A DNA stretch of 56,311 bases, filler included, from Barthelona sp. PAP020 (GCA_040182905.1; 3 parts of 3 records of this genome joined end to end with filler, not necessarily neighbours in it); one strand, 5' to 3'; numbered from the whole stretch's first letter, positions 20,617-32,593 are shown. Made by a program: numbers and translations. The notes: generated from the sequence alone by a model not told the origin.

Positions 20617-23415
20617 CTATTCATTTTGAATATCGTTTTCAATCAATTTCACCTGTTCAACATATTCAACTTGTTTTACTTCCTTTTTGCTATCAATGTT
20701 TTCTGTTGCCTTTGATTTGTTTTGAATTGAAAGTTCCCCACGCTCTTTGATGTTGACAATGATGTTATTCTCTTGTTGTTCAATTGATTTGTTGGATGTT
20801 TCATCAGATTTTTCATTGAACGAGATTTTTTCTGTTGAGAGTGAAGGGTTGGATTTGTTGCTGTTTCTATTGGAATTTCCCGAGGAAATTCCTGAGATAT
20901 TTCTTCTGTCCCCTGAAATTGTGTTTTCTCTGCTCTGTGTTGGCGAATTTTTTCTTGACCCACTTGAAGAATCGGAAGGTCTAATTTTTCCATCGTTTCT
21001 ATCATTGTTTCTGTCAATAATTCTGTCTCTATCACCGATATTTTTTTGAGCTCTGTTTCCGTTGTTTCGATTTTTTCTGTCTTTATCTCTTTTGTGACGG
21101 TTTTTTCTCCCTGTCTTTTTTGATTTTTGACCAGTTGGCCTTTGCCTTTCCTGTTCGATGGATCCCGGTCTTGCATCTGCAATTCCACCGTCCTTACGAA
21201 AGGGTGCCTCATTATTCTTTTGTTGATTCTCTTCATCTTGATCTATGACCTCAGTTATAGCAAAATCTTCTGGTTGCACTTGATTTTGATTACTGTTTCC
21301 ATCTGATTTTTCTACATTCTCAGTAATTTCAATGTTATTATCATCATTTTCAATTTCAATCGATTCGTGCTCATTCATGTCTTTTTTTTCATCAAAATCA
21401 ATCGCAATTTCTTCAATTTCGGGTTCAACCACGTTTGTTCTTCGTTTCTTTGGATTTCTCGAATTTTTATTGTTGTTTCTTTTTGTTTTTTTCTTTTGGT
21501 TTTTGATTGATGTCTCATCTACTTTTGGATTCATTCTTGAAGCATTATCATGATCATTAACATCTTTGGATTTTAGGACATCTGAAACATCAGAGTCAAC
21601 TGTATTATGGTCTTCATTGTTTTCATCTTGATGATCAGACTTTTCATCTAATCGACTTACTTTATCAATATATTCATCAGATGGTCTTTTGTTAATATCA
21701 TCATTATGATCATTGTTTTGAGCAGCATTTTCATGTGTTGCCAAAGATTTCTTTGATGAAACACCTGTATTTTCTATTAAACCTTGCATGATACTCTTTG
21801 GAATGAAAACTCTTTGACTATTCATTCCTACACTTGCTGGAGCACTATCTGGTGTATCATTTTCATTCAAAGGTAAAGCAACAGCAGCAGAATTCTTTGA
21901 AATACTTGGCAAAATGATTTCATTATCGTCCACAATGGCTTTTTGTTTCGCTAAATTTTTATGTATCTCTTTGGTATGCGCTTGATATTCTAATATCTTC
22001 TGTTTTCTACGAATTGCATCTTCCTTTTCTCTTCTAACTCGTTCACGAGCTGCTGTTTCTTTTTGAGCTGCTTTTTTATATGCATTTGACTTCGTGAAAT
22101 TTAAATTACTCTTTCTCTGTTCAAAAACATTCCGAAACTTTTGCTTAGCTTCTTTTTTTGCAATCATTTCTTTTTTAATTGCTTCCTTTTCAAACTTTAA
22201 TATTTCATTTACATCAAAATGTACATGTTCTTTACGTTTTTGAACAACATTTTTTAATTTTTTAATTTCTGCACTTTTAATCCTCTTATCCATTTCTTCA
22301 TACATTTGAAAACGTTTATCTTCTTTTAAACGTTGATTAGCATCGTTGATATCAATATTTTTGATTCGTTTACGTAATCCCCTGTTCTTTTCAGCACGTG
22401 CTTTAATTCTTGCTCGTGTTTTTTCCCGATGCTCTCTTTTTTTTGAAAAATTTTCAGCTTCACTCATTAGTAATTCTTCTTTTTCTGCTACTTTCGCCAT
22501 ATGTATGATATAATTGCTATTCTTAACACGAAACCTATCACGTCGTTGAATCTCTTTTTGTCTTCTCTCTATTTCAGCAATTTGAAGTAAATACTCATCA
22601 TATATCTTTTGTTCACTCTCATCAAGTTCATTACCATGTAATCCCTTGGTAACTATTTTGGTAACATTGTCAAATTCTTCAACTGAACGTAAATGTTGCT
22701 CTTTCAACCAAGCTTCATGCACTACTTTTTTTTGATAAGCTCGTTTGGGTGAATCCACATCTTTATTCATAAAATATTTGTGTTTACCGGGCGTTTTTTT
22801 TTCTTGAGAAAATATTGAAGACAAATCAAACTTGATTTCATTTTCTAAAGTGTTTTCAGGAGTAGTTGTGTTGTTGTTATCGAAACTAAACTTTGAAACT
22901 GGTGTCATTATATCATTAAACTTTTTAAAATCCAGATTCACGTTAAACTTAACTTCTGTATGTAATTTTAATCCATCTTCTTTAACAAAATCAGTTTTAC
23001 CTTTACTGTTGGAACTTGATGTCATTTCTGTAGATTTTTTTGGAGATAATTTTGATTTTTTGTTGTCTTTAACATCAGTGTCACCCGGTTTTAAATTCTT
23101 TTTATTTCTTGATTTTTGATCTCTATTTACATCGCTAACAGTCTCTTTATTATCAATCTTTTTTTCTGTAACATTTAATTCGGGAATTAAACAAGAATTT
23201 TTTTCATCAATAGAAATATTCTTCTCATTATCAACAGAAGGTTTTTGAATAATATCACGATCTAAAATAATCGCTTTGGAATTCATGATGTTTTTGGTTG
23301 ATGAACTCTTGTCAACATTTTTGTTGTGGGTTATTTTTGAATTTAGTTCTACATTTTCTTTTGAAGATTTTGCTTTTTCTTCACTATTTTCTTTCTTTTT
23401 TGGATTTTTTGGCAT
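20617..23415 (-). CDS. Highly charged low-complexity/coiled-coil hypothetical protein (932 aa)
   Basis: Long ORF, K/E/N-rich, no recognisable domain. Confidence 0.7.
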   Translation of the reverse strand: MPKNPKKKENSEEKAKSSKENVELNSKITHNKNVDKSSSTKNIMNSKAIILDRDIIQKPSVDNEKNISIDEKNSCLIPELNVTEKKIDNKETVSDVNRDQKSRNKKNLKPGDTDVKDNKKSKLSPKKSTEMTSSSNSKGKTDFVKEDGLKLHTEVKFNVNLDFKKFNDIMTPVSKFSFDNNNTTTPENTLENEIKFDLSSIFSQEKKTPGKHKYFMNKDVDSPKRAYQKKVVHEAWLKEQHLRSVEEFDNVTKIVTKGLHGNELDESEQKIYDEYLLQIAEIERRQKEIQRRDRFRVKNSNYIIHMAKVAEKEELLMSEAENFSKKREHREKTRARIKARAEKNRGLRKRIKNIDINDANQRLKEDKRFQMYEEMDKRIKSAEIKKLKNVVQKRKEHVHFDVNEILKFEKEAIKKEMIAKKEAKQKFRNVFEQRKSNLNFTKSNAYKKAAQKETAARERVRREKEDAIRRKQKILEYQAHTKEIHKNLAKQKAIVDDNEIILPSISKNSAAVALPLNENDTPDSAPASVGMNSQRVFIPKSIMQGLIENTGVSSKKSLATHENAAQNNDHNDDINKRPSDEYIDKVSRLDEKSDHQDENNEDHNTVDSDVSDVLKSKDVNDHDNASRMNPKVDETSIKNQKKKTKRNNNKNSRNPKKRRTNVVEPEIEEIAIDFDEKKDMNEHESIEIENDDNNIEITENVEKSDGNSNQNQVQPEDFAITEVIDQDEENQQKNNEAPFRKDGGIADARPGSIEQERQRPTGQKSKKTGRKNRHKRDKDRKNRNNGNRAQKNIGDRDRIIDRNNDRNDGKIRPSDSSSGSRKNSPTQSRENTISGDRRNISGISSGNSNRNSNKSNPSLSTEKISFNEKSDETSNKSIEQQENNIIVNIKERGELSIQNKSKATENIDSKKEVKQVEYVEQVKLIENDIQNE

Positions 23416-23505
23416 ACAATATTCTTTAAAACGTGAAAAAATAAAATCAAATTTTTTTTATTTTAGGAACAATTTTCCATTGAGACAAATAGTAATTATT
23501 GTCAA

Positions 23506-24186
23506 ATGAGTGAGTCAAATGATTTCCTATGGGATACATCTGATTTACAAGAAGCATCCAGAATTGTTGATGACACTAAACATTGGGCCAATGTTCCACA
23601 ATCAACTCCAAACACAACATTCCGATCAAGTTTATTTTCTCCAATGAATTCAAATGTATTGAAAGCAAATGATGAGGATAGTCAACAATCACAAACTTTG
23701 TTTGATATCAATAAGCGCATAGACAATTTAGAATCAATGTTAAGTGAAATGTGTGCTTTTATTCGAACAGAAAATATGGAAAAACAACGAAATAATCCTC
23801 CTGAACCTTCAAATCATATTGCTAAAGAAAAAATTACAAATACCAATTTATCAGAATCAAAAACCCATTATATAATATTGGAATCAAGAATTAAATCAAT
23901 TGAAGATTCTCTACAAAAACTTTTGTCTGTCATAAATGGCAACAATGGTTTCAACAATCATTCTGTTCAGGTTATTGACTCAAATTCTAGAGATTTCAGT
24001 CATTTCAGGAAGGATTTATCACAATCAAAACATTTAAACGTATTATGCCCAAATTGTGGTTTTCTTTTTGATCCCAACCATGGCATTGGTTACAGGTCTA
24101 ACACGTCAATCCAAAATTCTCAATCTTATTCTTTATCTAAGCTGACACCTTTTCCTGATTCACTATTGTCAAAATTAAAGAAATGA
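23506..24186 (+). CDS. Hypothetical protein with short coiled coils and a CPNCG motif
   Basis: 226-aa ORF with an ATG in A-rich context. Confidence 0.6.
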   Translation: MSESNDFLWDTSDLQEASRIVDDTKHWANVPQSTPNTTFRSSLFSPMNSNVLKANDEDSQQSQTLFDINKRIDNLESMLSEMCAFIRTENMEKQRNNPPEPSNHIAKEKITNTNLSESKTHYIILESRIKSIEDSLQKLLSVINGNNGFNNHSVQVIDSNSRDFSHFRKDLSQSKHLNVLCPNCGFLFDPNHGIGYRSNTSIQNSQSYSLSKLTPFPDSLLSKLKK

Positions 24187-24319
24187 CAAATTTCTTTTTT
24201 TTTTTTTTTCTTTTCATATATATTTTCTTTTTAATTATTTATTCTACATGAAATTATGAAAGTTATTTTCAATTTTCAATCCTGAAGTATTTTTCAGGCT
24301 TTTTTTTTAATCCAATAAA

Positions 24320-24770
24320 NNNNNNNNNNNNNNNNNNNNNNNNNNNNNNNNNNNNNNNNNNNNNNNNNNNNNNNNNNNNNNNNNNNNNNNNNNNNNNNNN
24401 NNNNNNNNNNNNNNNNNNNNNNNNNNNNNNNNNNNNNNNNNNNNNNNNNNNNNNNNNNNNNNNNNNNNNNNNNNNNNNNNNNNNNNNNNNNNNNNNNNNN
24501 NNNNNNNNNNNNNNNNNNNNNNNNNNNNNNNNNNNNNNNNNNNNNNNNNNNNNNNNNNNNNNNNNNNNNNNNNNNNNNNNNNNNNNNNNNNNNNNNNNNN
24601 NNNNNNNNNNNNNNNNNNNNNNNNNNNNNNNNNNNNNNNNNNNNNNNNNNNNNNNNNNNNNNNNNNNNNNNNNNNNNNNNNNNNNNNNNNNNNNNNNNNN
24701 NNNNNNNNNNNNNNNNNNNNNNNNNNNNNNNNNNNNNNNNNNNNNNNNNNNNNNNNNNNNNNNNNNNNNN
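24320..24770. other. Assembly gap (451 N)
   Basis: Run of N. Confidence 0.99.
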
Positions 24771-27700
24771 ATAAATCAAAATAGGCATCATCTTTTTGCT
24801 TCCAACAAAATAAACAATACAAAATGTCAATTATTTGACTTATTTGAGAATATTCACAGGAAATTGAAGAAGCAATTGAAGAAGAACCCGAATAAAAACG
24901 ATGAATGTTGACAATTTCATCAAACTTCAATTCCTTTAAAAAACTAGTTTCGCAAAAAGTAACAATCTGCTCAAAATCAAGTTCATTCAAAAACAACATC
25001 CTCGAAAATAACCAAACCATCAAGAAATATTCACCCAATTGCAAACAAACACCAATACATTGTTCTAATTGGTTTGAAGGTAAATAATCCATCAATTCGT
25101 TATATTCCTCAATATCACTACAAACAATTGATTCAGGATTACTTAAGAACTGCAAAACAAATTCAACTGCTTCAACACTAACACGTTTCAATTTTATAAA
25201 TGTTTGAGTTGGTAATATTAACTTACAATTTTTTAATAAATTAGCAGGTATTTCAAAAGAATTCTCATTGATTTGTATAGTAAATGTTTTATTGCCAAAA
25301 GAGGGTGGAAATTCCTTCAAAATAAACTCTATGGGATTAGGTTCATCATGAGAAGTTTCAAAAGAAGTCTCAAAAGAAGCAATATCATCTTTTAGAGTTT
25401 CTGATAAAAGATGTTCTGAAAGTTTCAAAGAAAGTTCTGCAACAACTCTTTCTTCTTGTGGATGATCAATAACCATATTTAATGAAGATTCTTCTTCAAA
25501 AGTTTCCAACATTGAAAGATTATCAAACAGTAATAACGTACTCTGAAGTAATTGTTGAAAACGATTAAAACAGAATTTAACTGAATTTTCCCAACATATT
25601 CCATCATAAACATCTTCAAACCTAAACAAATCTTTTTCTTCAGCAGATATCCAGTTAACTGCTTTCAACTTATTCCGAAGAAGAAGCTCTTTTTCAATAG
25701 ACTCTTCTTTTAAAGAATTTTCATCGAACAAAAATATACAATCTTCATTGATAATTTTAACTGTCTCTAAAACATTTATAATGTCATCTAAGGTCTTTAT
25801 ACATTCTTTAAATACAGGAATATCAATGCATTCTTCCAAAACTTCTTCAATCATTTCTTTGACTATACTCTTGATCCATAAACAATTAAACTCATGAGGA
25901 TCTTCAAATAAATCAACGAATTCCAAATCAGGACGGTAATGCAATAAATCTTCACTTCTAAATTTCAGAGAAATATACTCAACTTCACATTCAATACCAC
26001 ACAATTGCTTTGAAACGATTGAAACATTCTCATAATCATTGGTTTGATCCTTTATAGATGATAAAACGGTAGATAGTCCTTTTTTCTCAATAAGGTTGAA
26101 AAAGTCTGAATAAGCTTCAACAACACCTTTAGTGATACCTGAATAACTACAACAGAATTGAATTTGAACAGGAAAATGACTAAAAAAAAATTGATAAAAT
26201 TTTTGCTCATTAGCAACATTAGTAAAATTTTCACTCAAAAAAGTCGAAACTTTCGAACTTAATTTATCAAAATACTTTTTAAACAGAATCATATCACACA
26301 ATTCAATAGAGATCCATTTCATATGTTCAAAATTCAGTTTTTTCTTCAAAAACATGGTTTTTCCAATGAAATCAGGTACATCACAACAAGAAATCTGATT
26401 TAATATTGATAATTTGGGAATGGAAATCTTGGATTGACAGCAATCCTTGTGCTTTTCATATATTTCATCAAACATTGAAAAGTTCAAAAGTTCAAAATTT
26501 TCATCAACCAAAACTTTTGTTGAAAGAATGTCATTGTAAAAGATCGTGCCTATCTCAATGGTTGATACTTTTTTTCGTTTAAAAAAAGAACAAAAATTTG
26601 TCAATGTATTAAAGCCTTGTTCTGATTGAGATCGTTGAGCAAATTCCAAAAAAAATCGGTTCAAAGAAACCCATTCCCATTTTCTTTTAAGATATCCTCC
26701 AAAATCAAAACTAACAATGAATGCTAATCCATCATTGAAAACAGTAGGCACAGGCCAAAAAAACAAATTTGGCTTGAGAATTCCCAATTTTGCTGCAAAA
26801 AGCTGAACAGATACAATCAAAGATTGAGCATACACTTCGTCATAACATTGGGCAGGATCTTTTGTTATTCCTCTTGTCAATTCCAACAGAATGAAATCGT
26901 AATCATCCGCTTTTGTATCAACGTAAAAAGGCAAAGGGATAATAGGTATTTGTTCATCATACATTGCAATTGACGTTCTGGTTTCGTTAAAAATCACAAC
27001 AACAACGTTTTTAACAGTGCAGTACTTTTCATGATTAATAAAAAAATCTGAAACAGAAAGAATTTGTTTTGAAGATGCATCTACATGCATTTCGTTGGGG
27101 TTTGAATCTTTAACAAAAACAGAGGTATCTAATGATGTAGTTTCATTGTCTGTTATTGATATAAGTGAGGAACACTTTATTTTGCTGGGTGTAAAAGCTG
27201 AGCAATTGTCCCCTTTCTTTGAAGACGAAATTGATACATCTTTCCTCAAATCTTTGGTGATCTTTGTATCCACCTCCTTCAAAACTTCATCTCTTTGAAT
27301 ACCATCTTTGTCTTGGATATTTTCAAAATTGCTACCCACACTTATCATGTGCCTTTCTTCTAATATCTCATCTGATGGAAGAACTGTCAAAATTGGAGAT
27401 GAATTACCAGCTTTGTTCTCTTCTTCAGAAAAATTCAATGATTCATCTTCATTACCATCCATTAAATCAACATAATCCTTATCATTCAAACGACAAAAAT
27501 CATTCAATGATTTAATATCCACATCTTGAATCAAAGTTTTTGAATTATTCGATTTTACAGGGGAAACACCGTCATTTGTATTCGTTTGCAATTTATCACT
27601 GCTAATTAATGTTGTTTTTATTCGTTTTTCCATTTTGGGGGGAATAGTTGGAGTTTCATTCAATGGATATGGGGTTGCAGTTTCTAAATCACAGGAATTG

Positions 27701-28149
27701 TGTGTGTCAATGGAGGATTCTTCGATAGGTTTAATTTCAGGTAACTTCCAAACAGAAGTCTTTGTTCCCATATGACCAAAGAATATTTTTTGTGAAGTAG
27801 GATCAAAAACAACCCTATAAAGTGTATTGATATCATTCAATTTTGAAGTTTTTGGATGAACAAAAACCCGATTTTGTTTATCAATAATTTTTGTGTAACC
27901 AAACGGTGGTTCAAACTCAGTCAAAGCAATTGGCAATTGTGGAATTTGCGGTAGATTTCTTTCTTCTTCATCAGATGAATCATATAAATCATCATCACTA
28001 CTATATTCATCATATTCTTGCTTCAAATTATGCTTCTTAGACGATTTCGATCTAACAATGGAATTTTTATCTCGAACATTCCGTTTTCCCCTTGCACGAG
28101 GAGAAGAATTAGCTTTTACACCTCCTCTGGTACCTCTTCGTGCTGGCAT
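24771..28149 (-). CDS. Large hypothetical protein with degenerate WW-like and BTB/POZ-like segments; 3' end lies in the gap; likely start ATG 28149
   Basis: YRVVFDPTSQKIFFGHMGTKTSVWKLP (WW-like); FTIQINENSFEIPANLL...IKLKRVSVEAVEFVLQFL (BTB-like). Confidence 0.55.
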
Positions 28150-28354
28150 GTCGTTTTGAAGAAAAAAATATTCCAATTCTTTCTTTTCTTTTTTTTCAAA
28201 ATTTTAATTAATTAATATATAAAAACTTTTATGACAATTGGTTGAAAAGTGTTCAAAAGAAATTGCAAAATTAATCACCCACCAAAAATTTGGGAATCAA
28301 GAAGACTTGGAAATTCTTGTCTTCTCAAACATTAAAATTTTTATATTGAATTAA

Positions 28355-30310
28355 ATGAATCCAATTGTTGACAATATTCGTATTCTAGCTGCTGAAGTTG
28401 TTCAAAGCGCAAATTCTGGACATCCTGGTGCACCAATGGGTTGTGCTCCAATGGGTCATGCCATTTTCTCTCAACATCTTAATTTAAGTCCTAAAACACA
28501 TGATTGGATCAATCGTGATCGTTTTGTTTTATCAAATGGACATGCTTCTGCATTGCTCTATTGTTTATTACATCTTAAAGGATTTCATAATACCACAATG
28601 GATGATTTAAAACAATTCAGACAACTTTATTCTACTACTCCTGGTCATCCTGAATGTCACATGACTTCGGGTGTTGAAGTAACCACTGGTCCTTTAGGTC
28701 AGGGTATTGCAAATGCCATTGGTTTTGCTTGGGCAAAAGAAATTCTTGCAAGTCAATTTAATAAGGATGAATTCAAAGTTATTGATCATAATGTATTCAC
28801 AATTTTAGGTGATGGATGTATGCAAGAAGGTGTTGCTTCTGAAGCTTGTTCTTTAGCTGGACACTTAAAATTAGGTTCCCTTATCGCTTTATGGGATGAC
28901 AATAGTATTACCATTGATGGTAGAACTGAAATTTCCTTTTCTGAGGATGTTCGTATGCGTTTCCGTGCTTATGGATGGCATGTTATTGATGTTAATGATG
29001 GTAATTCTGATTTGGAAGCAATTAATGCTGCCATTGAACAAGCCAAGAGCATTACCGATAAACCAACTTTAATTGCTGTCAAAACTATTATTGGATACGG
29101 TGCTTCCAAACAAGACACCGCCAAAGTTCATGGTTCTCCTCTTGGTTGGGAAGATATTGATCGTTTAAGAAAAGAATGGAACTTTCCTGAAGAACGTTTC
29201 AATGTTTTACCTGAAATTTATGAAATATACAATAAAAGCAATTCTGTTGTTGATGCGAAATTCAATAGTTGGAACAATATGATGATTCAATATTCTGAAA
29301 GGTATCCTGAAGATTACGAAAAGCTCATGCAAATGATTAGTGGTAAAGTTCCTGTTGCTGTTCATGAAGCTTTAAGACATATTGAGTGGACTAAACCCTT
29401 GGCTACTCGTTCTACATGTCATGATTGTCTTAATGCTGTTGCTGAACACTACCCATCATTGATTGGTGGATCTGCTGATTTAACTGGTTCCAACCTTTCA
29501 AATCTTGATGGTTTTGATATTTATTCCTCTCAAACTACCCATGGTCGTAATCTTCGTTTTGGTGTTCGTGAACATGCTATGGTTTCAATCTGTAATGGTA
29601 TTGCTAGTTATGGTGCTTTCCATCCATTTGCTGCCACTTTCCTTGTGTTTACTGGATATGCTTTAGGTGCCCTTCGTGTTGCTGCCCTTTCTCAATATGC
29701 CGGTCTTTATCAATTCACCCATGATTCTATTGGTGTTGGTCAAGATGGTCCTACTCATCAACCTGTTGAAGTTTTTGCTCAATTGCGTGCTATGCCTAAT
29801 TTATACTTTTGGAGACCAGCAGATGGTGTTGAAACCGCTGCAGCTTATAGTTTTGCCATGGAAATGAAAACAGCACCAGTTGTTGTTGCTGGCAGTAGAC
29901 AGAATCTTCCTCAACTAGCTTCAGATTTTGATTATGCTAAAAGAGGTGGTTATGTTATATTTGACTGTGAAAAACCCAAACTCACTTTGATTTCAACAGG
30001 TTCTGAAGTCGCCCCTTGTATTGAAGTTGCTAAAAAATTGGGTGACATTCGTGTCATTTCAATGCCTTGTATGGAAATGTTCTTGGAACAAGATGAAAGT
30101 TATCGTCAACAAGTTTTGGGTGATGTTACTGTTATGGCTGTGGAAGCTGGTGTATCTTTTGGTTGGCACTTTTTGGCTCAATACACTCATTGTATTGATA
30201 GTTTTGGTATTTCTGCACCTGCAAATGATGTCTTCAAACATTTTGGTTTTGATGAAGCTGGTATTGAAAGAGCTATTGTTGATGTTCTAAAAGACCTTTA
30301 TTCCAATTGA
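28355..30310 (+). CDS. TKT: Transketolase
   Basis: NSGHPGAPMG, RDRFVLSNGH, TTGPLGQG, GDGCMQEG, GVREH, THDSIGVGQDGPTHQP. Confidence 0.98.
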   Translation: MNPIVDNIRILAAEVVQSANSGHPGAPMGCAPMGHAIFSQHLNLSPKTHDWINRDRFVLSNGHASALLYCLLHLKGFHNTTMDDLKQFRQLYSTTPGHPECHMTSGVEVTTGPLGQGIANAIGFAWAKEILASQFNKDEFKVIDHNVFTILGDGCMQEGVASEACSLAGHLKLGSLIALWDDNSITIDGRTEISFSEDVRMRFRAYGWHVIDVNDGNSDLEAINAAIEQAKSITDKPTLIAVKTIIGYGASKQDTAKVHGSPLGWEDIDRLRKEWNFPEERFNVLPEIYEIYNKSNSVVDAKFNSWNNMMIQYSERYPEDYEKLMQMISGKVPVAVHEALRHIEWTKPLATRSTCHDCLNAVAEHYPSLIGGSADLTGSNLSNLDGFDIYSSQTTHGRNLRFGVREHAMVSICNGIASYGAFHPFAATFLVFTGYALGALRVAALSQYAGLYQFTHDSIGVGQDGPTHQPVEVFAQLRAMPNLYFWRPADGVETAAAYSFAMEMKTAPVVVAGSRQNLPQLASDFDYAKRGGYVIFDCEKPKLTLISTGSEVAPCIEVAKKLGDIRVISMPCMEMFLEQDESYRQQVLGDVTVMAVEAGVSFGWHFLAQYTHCIDSFGISAPANDVFKHFGFDEAGIERAIVDVLKDLYSN

Positions 30311-30390
30311 TTCTTAATTAATCAGTGTAAACAATTGCCCCATTTTCTTTATTTTTTTTTAAAAAATAACAACAAAAGAAAATTTTACAT

Positions 30391-30753
30391 TCAGCTGCTT
30401 GTCATTCTAGTGATATCTGCAAGATTTTTTGCCACTGCATTCATATCTTCAAAAACACTGTTCAAATGGTTTTGATTCATTTCAAACTGTTGATTTAACT
30501 CATCCAAAGCTTTTTCATTAAAAACATCGCGAAACTGATTGGAGGTAGAAGGTTCAGGAATCGATGGGAATTCAAGAAATAATTCGGTTTGTTTAATTGC
30601 TAATTGTGCTTGAGACTGACGAATTACACTTATTTCTTTCAATAATTGATTGTGTGTTTTTTCAAATGTTCCGTGACTAAATTTCTCTCCAATCGATGAT
30701 AATTGTGTTTGAGTTTTTGTTATTAATGATGATTCAATGTTATGGTTGAACAT
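30391..30753 (-). CDS. Small coiled-coil protein (120 aa); likely start ATG 30753; weak resemblance to the CCDC28 family
   Basis: The ORF-track extension would overlap the neighbouring gene. The stop is followed by TGTAAA as in other genes. Confidence 0.55.
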   Translation of the reverse strand: MFNHNIESSLITKTQTQLSSIGEKFSHGTFEKTHNQLLKEISVIRQSQAQLAIKQTELFLEFPSIPEPSTSNQFRDVFNEKALDELNQQFEMNQNHLNSVFEDMNAVAKNLADITRMTSS

Positions 30754-30791
30754 TGACCAAAAAAAAATGACTTCTTTTTTTTCATTTTCAA

Positions 30792-31721
30792 ATGCAACAT
30801 CTTTCCTCTCCACCATTACCAGATTCTTTGGCACAAGATTTTATGACATTGATTGCAGAACCAGCCATCGACAGAGACAGCTCTATATCTGTTGTTAAGG
30901 CAATTAACCCCGACACTTTTTTTGCATCATCTCTTGTGTTAAAAAATGGTGGTTTTACTCCTTCAAATCAGATATTTAGATTTGTAAAGAAAAGTAAAAA
31001 GGGGTCAAAAGCTTTTACCTACGATCCAACCAAGAATTCTTTGACCACAAGCATTCGTCAGGCATTCACAAAAAACTTTACAACAGCTTTATCATCTTCC
31101 ATTGCTCTTGATGCGATTGGTACTTCAGTAAAAGGGAAAAATTTGGATTGTGTTTCTGGTGTTGGGTCTTTTACGGCTGCGTTTCCAAAAACCACAGCAA
31201 ATATTACTTCTGATATTCATCGAAATTTAATATCTATTGATGTTTCACAAAGATTGTCAATTGATCCAATTCAATTAATTATTGGAGGAGGTGTGATGAG
31301 TAGAAAAGTTCACCAAAGTGAACAATCAGAACCAATAAGAATGAAAACACAAAAAATAGCCTTGAAAGGAGAAAGTGACAATTTAGGAATGTCAATGGCT
31401 ATTTGTGCATCTTTTGCTCCAAAAGGACAAAGGCAAATAGTTGGAACTGTTATGAAAAAATTAACTGATTCGATTATTATTGGATGTGAGTGCGTTCATT
31501 CTCATGCTCAAGAAGAAAACACTTTCAGTGGAATGGCTGGTTATCGTGTTGACAACAAACATGATGCTATTTCTTCTACTGGATTTATTAACAACAGTGG
31601 TATAATTGGATCATCAATTACCAAACATTTGTCAGAAAATTTTTCGGTTGGAGTCAAAATGACAGGAAATTTAAAACAGAAAAAGTTTAATTGTAGTTCT
31701 GAAGTTTCAATCACTTTATAA
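30792..31721 (+). CDS. TOM40: Divergent eukaryotic porin-3 beta-barrel, most like Tom40
   Basis: 309 aa of alternating beta strands. The C-terminus GYRVD..STGFINNSGIIGSSITKHL..MTGNLKQKKFNC parallels the Tom40 pattern GYQ.D..FKG.VDSN..VG..LEK.L..LNH.KNKF.C. There is an N-terminal Pro-rich segment and helix, then ISVVKAIN. Confidence 0.65.
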   Translation: MQHLSSPPLPDSLAQDFMTLIAEPAIDRDSSISVVKAINPDTFFASSLVLKNGGFTPSNQIFRFVKKSKKGSKAFTYDPTKNSLTTSIRQAFTKNFTTALSSSIALDAIGTSVKGKNLDCVSGVGSFTAAFPKTTANITSDIHRNLISIDVSQRLSIDPIQLIIGGGVMSRKVHQSEQSEPIRMKTQKIALKGESDNLGMSMAICASFAPKGQRQIVGTVMKKLTDSIIIGCECVHSHAQEENTFSGMAGYRVDNKHDAISSTGFINNSGIIGSSITKHLSENFSVGVKMTGNLKQKKFNCSSEVSITL

Positions 31722-31859
31722 ATATTTGTTATTTAATATTTGTTTTGTCACTTATATATTGTTCATAGAAAAGGAATTGAAGAAAAAAATGACAGAAAAA
31801 ATTTACAAAAATTTGGTAAAAAAAAGAAATCCTTTTTCTTTATATAATCCCGTTTTCTA

Positions 31860-32518
31860 ATGGTTCGCCGTGTTGTTGTTGATTGCAAAGGTCACCTTTT
31901 AGGTCGTCTCGCTTCAAATGTTGCTAAAGAGCTTTTGAATGGAACTCATGTTGTATGTTTATTTTGATGTCGATTTATTTTATATTTATTGTGTTATACG
32001 TTCAACTAACATCTTAGGTTCTTACCCGTTGTGAAGAAATTGTCAAAACTGGTTCTTTTATGAGAAACAAATTGCAATACCTTACTTTCCTTCGTAAGAG
32101 AATGAATACCAACCCTCAAAAGGGTCCTTATCACTACCGTGCTCCTTCTCGTATGGTTTGGAGAGTCATTCGTGGTATGGTTCCTCATAAAACTGCTCGT
32201 GGTGCTGCTGCCTTGGACCGTCTTAAATGTTTTGATGGTGTTCCCACTCCTTATGATAAAGTTAAGCGTGTTGTCATTCCTTCTGCTTTAGCTGCTGCTC
32301 GTCTTGCTCCCGCTAGAAAAGTCACCACCTTAAAACGTCTTGCTATGGAAGTTGGATGGCACTATGGTGAAGTCGTTGATTCATTAGAACAACGTCGTAA
32401 AGATCGTTCTGAAGCTTATCATACCCTCCACAAAAAGGAAAATGCTCTCCGTTTGGAAGCCATGAAGAAAGTTGATGAACAAGAACCTGAATTAGCTGCC
32501 ATTATCAAATCTTTCTAA
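31860..32518 (+). CDS. RPL13A: 60S ribosomal protein uL13 (L13a); exons 31860-31952, 32018-32518
   Basis: Exon 1 [28 protein letters not shown] joins VLTRCEE...[28 protein letters not shown]. Confidence 0.97.
31953..32017 (+). other. Spliceosomal intron of RPL13A (65 nt)
   Basis: GTATGT...ACTAACATCTTAG, phase 0, restores the conserved protein. Confidence 0.95.
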
Positions 32519-32593
32519 TTTCTTAAGTTTTTACACATTGCGATGTTCACGTAAACGAACCATTATTTTTTTTTTTTTTCCAAGTTTCAAATC

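Noticed and set aside
30754..30834. Apparent overlap of head-to-head coding regions
   Set aside because: The downstream ATG at 30753 gives a non-overlapping gene, and the extension is T/A-tract-like.
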